Made by a program: the position numbers and the translations under genes. DNA of 64,000 nt from an uncultured Desulfosarcina sp. (GTDB taxonomy: Bacteria; Desulfobacterota; Desulfobacteria; Desulfobacterales; Desulfosarcinaceae): contig CAXXWQ010000002.1 of the NCBI GenBank assembly GCA_963674945.2, positions 288,001 to 352,000 on the forward strand. The letters run 5' to 3'. How positions within the stretch are numbered: the first letter of the stretch is position 1; each line of letters begins with the position of its first letter. Below are positions 9,769-19,410 of this stretch, in pieces. The notes under the pieces are model-generated. The model searched no databases and had not been told where the DNA came from. It saw nothing but the letters and a program-made list of their open reading frames with translations.

Positions 9769-10370
9769 GATAGTCTCCTTGCGGTATCGGTCGAGCAAAC
9801 CGATAAACATCAGAAAATACCACTAATTTATAGATTCTGTTCCCATGCGTCAACCCAAAATACCCTGGTGCTTTTGTAAAAATGCGCAAATTGTTGCACC
9901 TGCAGGAAAAGATGTGGTAACGATACGAAATACGGCTGCGAAAATAGCGTGATATCCGCTTTCCTTGCGACGCACGTTTGTTGTCCGTCTCATTTGTCGG
10001 GATGAGAGGCGTGTTCGTTCGCTTGTACTTGCCATTGCGGACAAAAATATTGATCTCGTGATTTTTTTGCGAAGCCGTCTCTCATCTTTTTTTCCGAGCC
10101 TGTAAAAAGCGTTTCCGGGCCATGGATGGCCAAACGGTATTACGAAATAAACGCATTCTTGTATTTTTTTGTCGTTGGATTGAATGGGGAAAGGTTTTTT
10201 AATCTGTAATCATGAACGAGTTCCTTGGAAGTACCGAATAAATTTGAAACGAAGCGTTTCGGCACACGATCGTTGTGAAAAGCAAATAGCCAAAACACCG
10301 TCAAACTTTTTGCTGCTATTGGAAAAAAATTGACGGTTTTTTATACGAGGGGAGCCTGTAGAGCGAAAAA

Positions 10371-11807
10371 ATGCATTCCATAAAACTGGTCGTCGAATAT
10401 TGGGTGTTGCTCGTTCCCATATTTCTTCATGTGATCGGTATTCTTTTCGTTTTCGATGTGCTGATGAACGGTCGGACGAGCCAGGGTACCATTGCCTGGG
10501 TCATGGCGCTTTTTTTCTTTCCCTACATGGCCGTTTTCCTCTATCTCATTTTTGGCGCCCGGCGTATTCAGGAATACGCCGCGGCCCATCAGACCGGTAC
10601 AACGGAAATTCACCACCTCGGCAAAATGCTGCGCCAGGACCGGCAGCTGCGTACACTCATGGTTCGGGAGACACCGCAGATCGATGTTTTAAGCGACATC
10701 TACCAACTGCCCATCATGAAGGGCAACCGATGCGCCCTGTTGATCGACGGAACGGAAACCTTCGATTCCATTTTGGCGGGTATTGCCGCTGCACGGCGCT
10801 ATGTGCTGGCGCAATTTTTCATCGTCCATGACGACGATTTGGGTCGTCGGTTCCAATCGGCTCTGATGGAGCGTGCACAAGCCGGTGTCCGTGTCTACTT
10901 TCTCTACGACACGATTGGGTCGGTGGGCCTTCCCCGTTCCTATTTGAAAGAACTGAGAGCCGCCGGCGTACAAGTGTGTATGTTCCGGGTTGGGCATGGC
11001 TGGCTGAACCGGTTTCGGATCAACTTTCGAAATCACCGGAAGATTGTGGTGGTGGACGGGGAAAAAAGCTGGGTGGGCGGGCACAACGTAGGCGATTCCT
11101 ACTTGGGGAAGGACAGGCGTTTTTCCAGGTGGCGGGATACCCACGTGAAGATGGCCGGGCCGGTTACCCTCGCCGTTCAACTCTCCTTCGTGGAGGATTG
11201 GCATTGGGCCTGCGGCAAGATACCCGATGTCTCGTGGGCCCCGCCGCCCACTTTCGGTAACGAACCGGTACTGTGTATTCCCACCGGTCCCGGCGACCTG
11301 GTGGAGAGCTGCTCCCTCATGATGGTCCAGGCCATCAATGCCGCCACCCGGCGTTGTTGGATATTCAGTCCCTATTTTGTTCCGGATGTGGCCGTTATCA
11401 AGGCCCTTCAGCTTGCTGCCATGCGCGGCGTGGATGTGCGTATCGTCATGCCCGCAAATCCGGACAAGCGGGTGGTGTGGTGGGCGGCCCATAGTTATCT
11501 GTCCGAAGTCGCCGTGGCCGGTGTGCGTATGTACAAATACCGGGAAGGCTTCATGCACCAGAAGGTGTTTTTGATCGACGACGCCATGGCCGGTATCGGC
11601 ACGGCCAATCTGGACAACCGAAGCCTGCGAATCAACTTCGAGATCACCATGGTTTTTACCAATCCCGATTTCATTCGGCGGGTGGACCGAATGTGCCGGG
11701 ACGATCTGGCGCTTTGCGATCCTTTGACCACCGACGATGTCTATCGCCGATCCTTTTTCTTCCGTCTGGCCATCCGGACGGCCCGCCTCTTCTCCCCTAT
11801 TCTGTGA
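10371..11807 (+). CDS. cls: Cardiolipin synthase
   Basis: Two N-terminal TM helices and two HKD motifs (NHRKIVVVDG, MHQKVFLIDD). Confidence 0.94.
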   Translation: MHSIKLVVEYWVLLVPIFLHVIGILFVFDVLMNGRTSQGTIAWVMALFFFPYMAVFLYLIFGARRIQEYAAAHQTGTTEIHHLGKMLRQDRQLRTLMVRETPQIDVLSDIYQLPIMKGNRCALLIDGTETFDSILAGIAAARRYVLAQFFIVHDDDLGRRFQSALMERAQAGVRVYFLYDTIGSVGLPRSYLKELRAAGVQVCMFRVGHGWLNRFRINFRNHRKIVVVDGEKSWVGGHNVGDSYLGKDRRFSRWRDTHVKMAGPVTLAVQLSFVEDWHWACGKIPDVSWAPPPTFGNEPVLCIPTGPGDLVESCSLMMVQAINAATRRCWIFSPYFVPDVAVIKALQLAAMRGVDVRIVMPANPDKRVVWWAAHSYLSEVAVAGVRMYKYREGFMHQKVFLIDDAMAGIGTANLDNRSLRINFEITMVFTNPDFIRRVDRMCRDDLALCDPLTTDDVYRRSFFFRLAIRTARLFSPIL

Positions 11808-12043
11808 GGAGGATCGAAGTCCTATTCTGCTATGTTCGATGCACCATGGAGAAAATTTCACCTTCCACCCCGGCATATCAAACGATCTGTTTCCGGAAAA
11901 AACGCCCCTGCCCTTGAGATACTTAACAGTGTGTAAATAATACTGACATATCTACGATTCCATTTTGTTATCAAAGTTTTTTCCTTTCAGTAATTTCCTA
12001 TTTAATTTAAGGTTGTTACGTTCGACATTCTTTTTCTTGTAGG

Positions 12044-12059
12044 CGGCACATCCATTGCA
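12044..12059 (+). promoter_or_regulatory. Putative sigma-54 (-24/-12) promoter
   Basis: CGGCAC-ATCCA-TTGCA, with exact GG-N10-GC spacing, about 70 bp upstream of the binding-protein ATG. Confidence 0.6.
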
Positions 12060-12127
12060 TTGGCATGGCGCAGGCTATGACGGAAGAGCGTCGCTCGGTG
12101 TAATACAACAGACAAGGAGGAGTCGTA

Positions 12128-12940
12128 ATGAGAAAATACGCAATTATTTTTTGTATGGTGGTGGCCGCTGTGCTTCTTCTTCTACCCCTGCAAGCTCCAT
12201 TGGCAGCAAATTATCAAGGGCACATTGTCATCAGTTGTTCCGCACAGGCGTACGATGCTTTCATTGAACCCGCCATTAAGGTCTTTGAAAAAGAGAATAA
12301 TATCGAAGTAGATGTCTTTGTGTGTTCTTCCAAGGTGGCGGTGGACCGGGTCGATAACGATTATGCCCAAATCGCCGTTTCAACGGAGGATATTCCGATT
12401 CGGTACTCCTATATGGAAAGTGGGTATAAGAAAATTGAATTTTGTAAGGACACTCTTGCAGTGATTGCAAACGAGGGTTTCGGCCCGAACGATATTACGA
12501 CGGAACAGATCCGGGCCATTTTTAGCGGTCAGATAACCAACCAAAAAGAGGTTGGTGGGAGAGATCAGGAAATTGTGATTGTAGCTCCAGAAAAGAACAC
12601 CGCTGCTTACAATAACTTCTGCCGTCAAGTGATGGGAAGAGAAGGCGTGAAGTATGATGTCTCCACCTATACCTCGACCGATACGATCAGAATGGTGAAG
12701 TTGATACCGGGCGCCATATCTTTTATTTCTCACGGCGCGTTGTACAATAAAGAAGGGATAAAAGTACTGTCGGTAAATGGTGTTTCTCCGAAAAACGGCG
12801 CCTATCCCTATTCACAGACATTTTCTTTTATCATCAAGAGGCCTCCGGGAAAAACGATAAGGGCGTTCATCGATTTTCCGAAAACGGACAAGGGACAAGC
12901 CATCATTCGGGAGAGAGGAATGGTGCCCATCTCCTATTGA
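12128..12940 (+). CDS. PstS-like periplasmic substrate-binding protein
   Basis: Signal peptide; D.LAVIAN, ITTEQIRAIFSGQITN.KEVGG and GAYPY motifs typical of PstS/PBP_like_2; AGGAGG RBS. Confidence 0.8.
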   Translation: MRKYAIIFCMVVAAVLLLLPLQAPLAANYQGHIVISCSAQAYDAFIEPAIKVFEKENNIEVDVFVCSSKVAVDRVDNDYAQIAVSTEDIPIRYSYMESGYKKIEFCKDTLAVIANEGFGPNDITTEQIRAIFSGQITNQKEVGGRDQEIVIVAPEKNTAAYNNFCRQVMGREGVKYDVSTYTSTDTIRMVKLIPGAISFISHGALYNKEGIKVLSVNGVSPKNGAYPYSQTFSFIIKRPPGKTIRAFIDFPKTDKGQAIIRERGMVPISY

Positions 12941-13044
12941 CTCGTTACCGATTCATGATCTGCCGTTTAATCATAATTGAAAGATCTGTTCTTTTCTCGT
13001 TTTGCTGCCATTAGGGTAGGGTACATAGCAATAAAAATCAGGAG

Positions 13045-13074
13045 GGCCGACCACTGCCAATAGAGTGGTCGGCC
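13045..13074. terminator. Hairpin between convergent genes
   Basis: GGCCGACCACT-N8-AGTGGTCGGCC, a perfect 11-bp stem. Confidence 0.55.
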
Positions 13075-13262
13075 GTTTCCTATGGCTATTTGGTGCCTGA
13101 CCAGAAATGAAAAATATTTATCTTCTCATGAATGAAAAAAGGATACGAGACTTCGATGAGAAGTACTTCGCCGCTGAAATAAGAAGAACTCCCACGCCCT
13201 GCTTTTTCATCCGGACACTTTTTCGAAATTTCCCACGGAAGAATCCGATGCGGTCTCTCTGT

Positions 13263-16106
13263 CTAAGATGGTCTCTCGTGCACCCCGTGCAGGGTTATAC
13301 CCGCCGGTAAGGATTCGCCGAACAGGGCCTGCTCTTCCTGGTGGGCGATGGGGACAACCTCGGTCAAGAACCGTCGCGGATCGGCCATTTCCGGTTCCTG
13401 TGGAATCCATGCCAGCAGGCGATCGATGACCTTGACATCCAGGTCACGGGTGCGGTCGCCGGTTTTCCGGGCGATTTGGGCCAGGGCGTTGACTGCCGGT
13501 TTGACCGGCGGCCATTGCTGCTCCAGAAAATGTTCGATCCAATGTTGCGCTTCCGTGGCCTCGATTACGCGATCCACGGGGCCGTATAGGGGCTCACGGG
13601 CGCCGATTCGTGCCAGGGTCCAGAAATACTGCTGCCTTTTCTGCTTGGGTGTTAGTTGAGACAACAGCAAACGGCCCCACTGGATCTTGTCCTTGACGTA
13701 GAGTCTTTCCAGGTTGGCAACAAGCATCCACAATTCTATCTGCTGCTGGATGGAAATTTTGCTCTTGGCGCCTTTTTTCCTTGGGATGAGAATACCGCCG
13801 ATATCCTGACTCAATTGGCGTTGCTGTCCCGGATTCAAGCCGCCGGCCAATCGGCGCCACATGATCCACCATTCGGTCAGCACCTGGGCGTCTTTTCCGT
13901 GGACAGGACCCTGCTGGTATATTTTCCAGGCTTTTTTCATTCGCCACGAATCCAGCGCATCACCGAATCCCGGCCGCAGACAAAAACCCAGGAGGTTATT
14001 CCATCTCGCCTCGTGTTGGGCCGAGCGCTGGCGATCATTCCGATTTTCCAATAATTGGTCGGCCAGATCCCGGAGAAAGGTCAGCGGCCAGTCGTTTTTC
14101 GGCAGGTCGACGATGCCGGCGATCCGTTTGACCAGACCCGCCAGCTGGTTGGCGTCCGCTGCTTTGAACACATCGTTTGCCGCTCTTTTTGCCTCTTTCA
14201 CGCTTCCGGCTTCCAGCACGGTCGCTTCCTGAACCTGGCCGGAACTGTCGGTGGCATCCCGCAGCTGGAACTGCAGCTGCCAGCGGTGATCACTGGTTGT
14301 GGATCGGCAAAAGAGCGCCAGGGTTCCCATTTCGGTGTATTCGGCTTCGATCCGTACCGGTATTTTGGTTTCTGCACCCTTTTTTCCGAACTGAATGACC
14401 GTCTGCAAGGCGGGAAGGGCGGTAAAGCTGTCGTCGATCTCATACATTTCGCCCCTTTTGTCGTTACTTCGGTAGCTGGAACTGTAGAGATCGAAGCGAA
14501 CCGGGCGGTTGGCCAACACCTCGAACTTTTTATCGCTCAGCCGGATCGTGGTCCCCTCATCCAACCCGCGTTCGACCAGGCAGATGGCCTGGTGAGGCGC
14601 CTGGGCCTGACCATCCTGTTGGCCGATGCCCAGGTAAAAGGATCGGGGGCTTCCGCTTCCCACGCGGACCCCTTCGCCGATTTTTACCAGCCCGTAGTAT
14701 GCGGCGCCCAGTGCAACGGCCAGGTTCATGTCGGGATTATCGATGATCCGTGGAACAATATCCGTTTCCCCGGAAAAGTTGGCCCTGATGGCCTGTACGA
14801 CCCGATCCTGGATGATCCCCGGGGTGAGTGCTCCGCCGTTGAAAAGGATCAAATCGGGCATGGGGCAGCCTTTGCCCACGGCTTCGGCCACGTCCTTTTG
14901 GTGACGTTGCAAAAAGCGGCACAAGTGGCGTGTCACCGCCGGCTCATGCTCGTAGGGGAGGCCGAATTCGGAAATGGCCAGACGCTGCACCGGTGCCTCG
15001 TGTTCGCCGTCGATGATGGGAAAGAAGCCTTCGAGAAGGATTTGCGAAATGGTCTTTTGGTCCAACTCCACGGAGATGGTGTCGTCGATCAGGCGGCTGC
15101 CCGTTCCCATCAAGGTGATGGTCTGTTTTTCTGCCTTTCCGGAGAGGATGTTTTCTTTTGCCTGTCGGCATTGATGGCACAAAGCCTTCCACCGGTCTGT
15201 GGAGAGTGGCTGGCGTTTTCCGGAATTTTTCGATTCCACTGCCCTGGCAAGGGCCATGTCCATGTTGTCACCCCCCAATATCAGATGGTCGCCGACGGAT
15301 ATACGGTTGAATCGCGGGCTGCCCCCTTCGGCCGTACTCACTGCGATCAGGGTAAAGTCCGTGGTGCCGCCGCCCACATCACAAATGAGAATCAGTTCTT
15401 CGGGTCGAACGTGGTCACGCCATGTATGTTCATTTTCCACAAGCCAACTGTAAAAGGCGGCCAGGGGTTCCTCGATCAGGGTCACATCCGTAAGGCCGGT
15501 CATCTTGGCCGCCTCCAGGGTCAGCTCGCGGGCAACCTCGTCGAAGGAGGCCGGAACGGTGAGAATCACCTTTTGGTTCTCGAGAAACAGCTCCTCTTCG
15601 TTTCCGAAGGAATGGTTCCATGCCTGTTTGATGTGTGTCAGATATGCCGCGCTGGCATGGACGGGAGAGACCTTCATGACCTCCTGGGGTGCCCCCCACG
15701 GCAAGATGCGGGCATTGCGATCGACCTTGTCATGACAAAGCCAGCTTTTGGCCGATGATACCAGGCGGTTTGGCACTTTGGCACCCTGATCACGGGCCAG
15801 TGCGCCGACGAAGTGATCCTCGGATGTGGGCCAGGGATGGACGATTCCGGTAAGATCCACATCGTATTCACCGGGGATGTATAAAAAGGAGGGAAGAACG
15901 GACAGTCGGTGAAATTCCCCCGGGCCGGTCAACTGGGGGATTTCGAAAATATGAATGGGCCTTTCGGCCTTTTTTCCAAGGCTGCGTAAATCAACGTATG
16001 AGACCGCCGAATTGGTTGTCCCCAGGTCGATGCCGACGATGAATGGGAGATCCGTCTCGGAAAAAACCTCTGTATCCTCTTCATGTTTGATGGAAGAATG
16101 GTTCAT
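13263..16106 (-). CDS. Atypical Hsp70-family protein with C-terminal DUF3731-like domain
   Basis: GIDLGTTNS, TVPASFD, EEPLAAF and DVGGGTTDF motifs; C-terminal GFCLRPGFG...W and ARIGAREPLYGP. Confidence 0.9.
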   Translation of the reverse strand: MNHSSIKHEEDTEVFSETDLPFIVGIDLGTTNSAVSYVDLRSLGKKAERPIHIFEIPQLTGPGEFHRLSVLPSFLYIPGEYDVDLTGIVHPWPTSEDHFVGALARDQGAKVPNRLVSSAKSWLCHDKVDRNARILPWGAPQEVMKVSPVHASAAYLTHIKQAWNHSFGNEEELFLENQKVILTVPASFDEVARELTLEAAKMTGLTDVTLIEEPLAAFYSWLVENEHTWRDHVRPEELILICDVGGGTTDFTLIAVSTAEGGSPRFNRISVGDHLILGGDNMDMALARAVESKNSGKRQPLSTDRWKALCHQCRQAKENILSGKAEKQTITLMGTGSRLIDDTISVELDQKTISQILLEGFFPIIDGEHEAPVQRLAISEFGLPYEHEPAVTRHLCRFLQRHQKDVAEAVGKGCPMPDLILFNGGALTPGIIQDRVVQAIRANFSGETDIVPRIIDNPDMNLAVALGAAYYGLVKIGEGVRVGSGSPRSFYLGIGQQDGQAQAPHQAICLVERGLDEGTTIRLSDKKFEVLANRPVRFDLYSSSYRSNDKRGEMYEIDDSFTALPALQTVIQFGKKGAETKIPVRIEAEYTEMGTLALFCRSTTSDHRWQLQFQLRDATDSSGQVQEATVLEAGSVKEAKRAANDVFKAADANQLAGLVKRIAGIVDLPKNDWPLTFLRDLADQLLENRNDRQRSAQHEARWNNLLGFCLRPGFGDALDSWRMKKAWKIYQQGPVHGKDAQVLTEWWIMWRRLAGGLNPGQQRQLSQDIGGILIPRKKGAKSKISIQQQIELWMLVANLERLYVKDKIQWGRLLLSQLTPKQKRQQYFWTLARIGAREPLYGPVDRVIEATEAQHWIEHFLEQQWPPVKPAVNALAQIARKTGDRTRDLDVKVIDRLLAWIPQEPEMADPRRFLTEVVPIAHQEEQALFGESLPAGITLHGVHERPS

Positions 16107-16132
16107 TTTTGCCTGTTCGTTATTCAGTTCAG

Positions 16133-16363
16133 AAAAAAATGACTCTGCCCAAGGATTGTTACAGGAATCCAGGAGTCAGAATCCAGAATCAGGTATTCGC
16201 CTTCGGCTCGATCCATCTGATCCAGTCGATGGTCCAATCGACGGAGCGAAGCGACATCAGGTTCATTCTGGCTCCTCGTATCTGACTTCATTTTCCCGAA
16301 GTCAGGTTTTAGTTCAAACCGGTTGAAAGCCGGCGGCAGCGCTGAATTCTGACTTCTGACTCC
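16133..16363 (+). repeat. Host repeat family A, copy 1 (carries the 65-bp insert)
   Basis: CAGGAGTCAGAATCCAGAAT-GTATTCGCCTTCGGCTCGATC...GAGCGAAGCGAC-TTCTGGCTCCT...TTCTGACTCC; diverged copies near 25790, 52715 (reverse), 55620 and 57690. Confidence 0.85.
16277..16341. mobile_element. 65-bp mini-element flanked by CT on both sides, copy 1
   Basis: Identical to 52820-52884; absent from the equivalent site in the copy at 25946-25968 (GGCTC-CT-GAATTCT). Confidence 0.75.
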
Positions 16364-16438
16364 AATGGTTCCCGCGATTGTCGCCTATCCCCCATCTGGT
16401 GGGAATTCGAAGCTGGGCATTCCAATCACGGATTTTCG

Positions 16439-18256
16439 TTATTGTTCCCGGACATTAAATTCCAGCTTCCATTTTCTGTCGTCCATTTTTGAAACGCAGT
16501 ACAACTCGAGGGTACCCACCTCGGTCACCTCGATTTCAAGGGAGACGGGAATGGCCTGGCCAAACTCTCCTTCCAGCGTGGTCTCGATGGTGGTAATGGC
16601 CTCGACATCTCCCTGCCACTCTTCCAGGACGCTGCCGACTTCGTCCTCCTGTCGGGTGGTCGACCCCATGAAGTCGAAGGAGACCGGTTGTCCGACCACC
16701 AGCACGAATTCCCGGTCGGGAACGCTGGCAACGGTTCCCTCCTCCATGCCGAAGGGCGCCACACAAAGGGCTTTGGTCAAGGCAGGCATACCCGGCACGG
16801 CCGGCATGGCGGCGGCGATGCCGATGTAATAGGAGCGCCCCAAACCGCCCCGGATGCGGACGCCGCCGCCCTGCCGGGCCATACCGTAATAGGCGGCCCC
16901 ACGGGCTACGGCCAAATCGTAGTCGATGGCGTCGATCTCCCGAATATCATCGTTGGCAGTCCACGCCTTCAGGACCGATATCACCCGGTCGCGTAAGAGG
17001 CCTGCCTTCATTACCCCGCCGTTGAAGAGAATCGTCGTCGGCCGGATCGGTTCTCCCTGATCGTCCTGTCTGTCCAAAAATGCGGCCAGGTGTCGGGTGA
17101 TACCTGCATCCGCCTCGAAAGAGAGGCCGAATTCCTGGATCCCGGAGCGAACCGCGGCCTTGGGTTTATCGGTACGTGCGCACGTTGGGAAGAAACCGTC
17201 CCGCAGCACCTCATCCACCATCTGGCGGGTCAATTCGGTGGTGATGGTTCCACCGATCAGACTGGATCCGCGCCCCAAAATGGATACCGAAAGGCTCTGT
17301 GTATCCGGGTCCGACAACAAGCGCTCCTTAGCCCTGCGGCAGCTCTGCCACAGGCCTTTCATCTGCCAGGTATCCAACCGGGTGCCCTGCTCGGCCAATT
17401 GGTGGGAGAGGCGATACGCCAGGGCCAGGTCCATGTTGTCACCCCCTACCAGCAGGTGGTTTCCCACGGCGATCCGATCAAGGGTGAGGTCTCCATCTTC
17501 TTCGCCCACCCGGATCAGACTGAAATCGCTGGTTCCCCCGCCCACATCACAAACCAGGATGAGGTCGCCGGGTGAAACGCGTTCCCGCCACTTGCCGTCG
17601 CTGGCCCCGATCCATGCATAAAACGCCGCCTGGGGCTCCTCCAACAGGGTCGCATGGGACAAACCGGCGATTTCCGCCGCCGTCACGGTCAGCTGCCTTG
17701 CCACGGCGTCGAAGGAGGCCGGAACCGTCAAATAGATCCGTTGCTTCTCCATCCGCAGACGGTCGTCGATTCCCTCTTCGGTCGTGGCCATGGTATGGTT
17801 CCAGGCATCGCGGATATGTGTCAAAATTGCCGCCGACGCCTCCACCGGTGACATCTTTTTCCCCTCCGGAATGGATTTTTCGGATCCGGCACCCGTCCAC
17901 GGCAATATGGGGGCCTTTCGGTCCACCAGGGTATTGCACAGCCACGATTTGGAAGAGGAGATCAGGCGGTGCGGAATCTCTTCGCCCCGCGTTCGGGCAT
18001 ATTCGCCAACGGCATAAGAGGCCGCTTTGTTCCAGGGGAGTTCGATGGCGCCTTCGGGAATATCCGGTGACTCCGGCAATAAAACGAAAGACGGCAGTGA
18101 CGGGCGATTTTCGACAGTGCCGGCATCGACGGTTTGCGGGACGTCGAAGATGCGAACCCGTGCCTCTTCGAATCGATCGGTATCCGCCTTTGTATAGGCA
18201 ACGACACTGTTGGTCGTGCCCAGATCTATGCCGATAATAAAAACAGGGTCATCCAT
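16439..18256 (-). CDS. Atypical Hsp70-family protein
   Basis: GIDLGTTNS, TVPASFD, DVGGGTSDF and AVARGAAYYG motifs; C-terminal WKLEFNVRE; paralog of the downstream Hsp70. Confidence 0.9.
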   Translation of the reverse strand: MDDPVFIIGIDLGTTNSVVAYTKADTDRFEEARVRIFDVPQTVDAGTVENRPSLPSFVLLPESPDIPEGAIELPWNKAASYAVGEYARTRGEEIPHRLISSSKSWLCNTLVDRKAPILPWTGAGSEKSIPEGKKMSPVEASAAILTHIRDAWNHTMATTEEGIDDRLRMEKQRIYLTVPASFDAVARQLTVTAAEIAGLSHATLLEEPQAAFYAWIGASDGKWRERVSPGDLILVCDVGGGTSDFSLIRVGEEDGDLTLDRIAVGNHLLVGGDNMDLALAYRLSHQLAEQGTRLDTWQMKGLWQSCRRAKERLLSDPDTQSLSVSILGRGSSLIGGTITTELTRQMVDEVLRDGFFPTCARTDKPKAAVRSGIQEFGLSFEADAGITRHLAAFLDRQDDQGEPIRPTTILFNGGVMKAGLLRDRVISVLKAWTANDDIREIDAIDYDLAVARGAAYYGMARQGGGVRIRGGLGRSYYIGIAAAMPAVPGMPALTKALCVAPFGMEEGTVASVPDREFVLVVGQPVSFDFMGSTTRQEDEVGSVLEEWQGDVEAITTIETTLEGEFGQAIPVSLEIEVTEVGTLELYCVSKMDDRKWKLEFNVREQ

Positions 18257-18558
18257 GAATATGAATCCTCCAGTCTCGAAATCCGATCCCGTTGGGAAGG
18301 GGTATCATCGAATCCGTAACTACGAAGAGATGTAAGCGATTTCGGACGGGAGATATGGAATTTTTGATATGCCGTCCGGGTGATCATTTGCAAACGGCAT
18401 AATATATATCAGATGGGAAAATCATCAACCCAAAATTGATGGCAAACGGATCTGCCTCCCCCCGATCCGGTTCACCGGGCGGCGCGGACACCCATGGAGG
18501 ACGAACGGGATCCTTCGCCGATCATCAAAGAGACATTGGTTTCAGGAGAACAGAATCA

Positions 18559-18942
18559 TCAACCGCTTGCCAAGGCCCTCGCATTGATTACGTACAAAAT
18601 GACCTCGAGGATTTCGAGTCGGATCGGTTTCTGGTAGATGCCATCGAAACCGGCGGCAACGAGATTTTCGAAATCGTATGCTGCAAGGTTGCCGGATAGG
18701 GCGAAAATCTTCATGTCGGGAAATTTCCGCCTCACTTTCTTACAGAAGGCGACACCATCGAGCCATGGCATTTTCAGATCCGTGATCAGTGCCGGGAAAT
18801 CATTTTCCCACTCCAGAATCAGTTCCGCTTCTTCGGCACTGTCAACGGTTACGGCTTCCCATCCAAACTTTTCCAACATTCGTTTCATCAATCTCAGGTG
18901 ACTTCGTTGGTCGTCAATTAACAAGATTTTTTCACTGTGCAT
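18559..18942 (-). CDS. Single-domain response regulator receiver
   Basis: ILLIDD, ITDLKMP and KP motifs. Confidence 0.88.
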   Translation of the reverse strand: MHSEKILLIDDQRSHLRLMKRMLEKFGWEAVTVDSAEEAELILEWENDFPALITDLKMPWLDGVAFCKKVRRKFPDMKIFALSGNLAAYDFENLVAAGFDGIYQKPIRLEILEVILYVINARALASG

Positions 18943-19410
18943 GAGTTTCCACTGTTTCCGTTAAGAATTGAGAAGAAAGATGCAATGTCAACCGTCACAA
19001 AAATAGGATCGACTTCGATGTTCGCAGCCAGGAAATGCGCCTTCACAGATTAATTACATGGGGGGGCTGCAGACCCGGACAACCCGTCACGCAAAAGTTC
19101 ATCCACCGCCAAAATGCCCCAATACGCGCCTATGAATGAACCTCGTTGACGAATCAACATCCGGCGAAATGGTGTGATAATTTTGTATAGCGGTATTTAG
19201 ATTGCTACGTGAGTGTTACGAATGGATCCACTGTAAACGGAAAAGCATGATTCTGTCAACCAGTACGATGTGAGATTTTTCATTGGTTGACTTCGAGCCG
19301 GGTGAGGTCCTCCCGGATTTGCCCCCAAGGATTGAAAGATGGACGTGTTTGTTGACTTTCATTTGATTATTTTTGCTTTTTTCCCCGCGGATGAAAACGT
19401 CATGTCCTGT

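Noticed and set aside
14055..15758. Long antisense or overlapping ORFs (567 aa here; also 3413-4564, 5178-6401, 10689-11876, 36290-37456)
   Set aside because: These are shadow ORFs of well-supported genes in GC-rich DNA, with no recognisable motifs.
15955..16326. Small ORFs with shared peptides such as QESRSQNPES (also 25770-26114, 52689-52895, 55628-55831, 57604-57816, 61778-61978)
   Set aside because: They are translations of non-coding repeat family A or the heptamer array, not a protein family.
18943..19410. Long intergenic region as a possible ncRNA
   Set aside because: I could not identify any recognisable RNA motif, repeat or credible ORF by eye.
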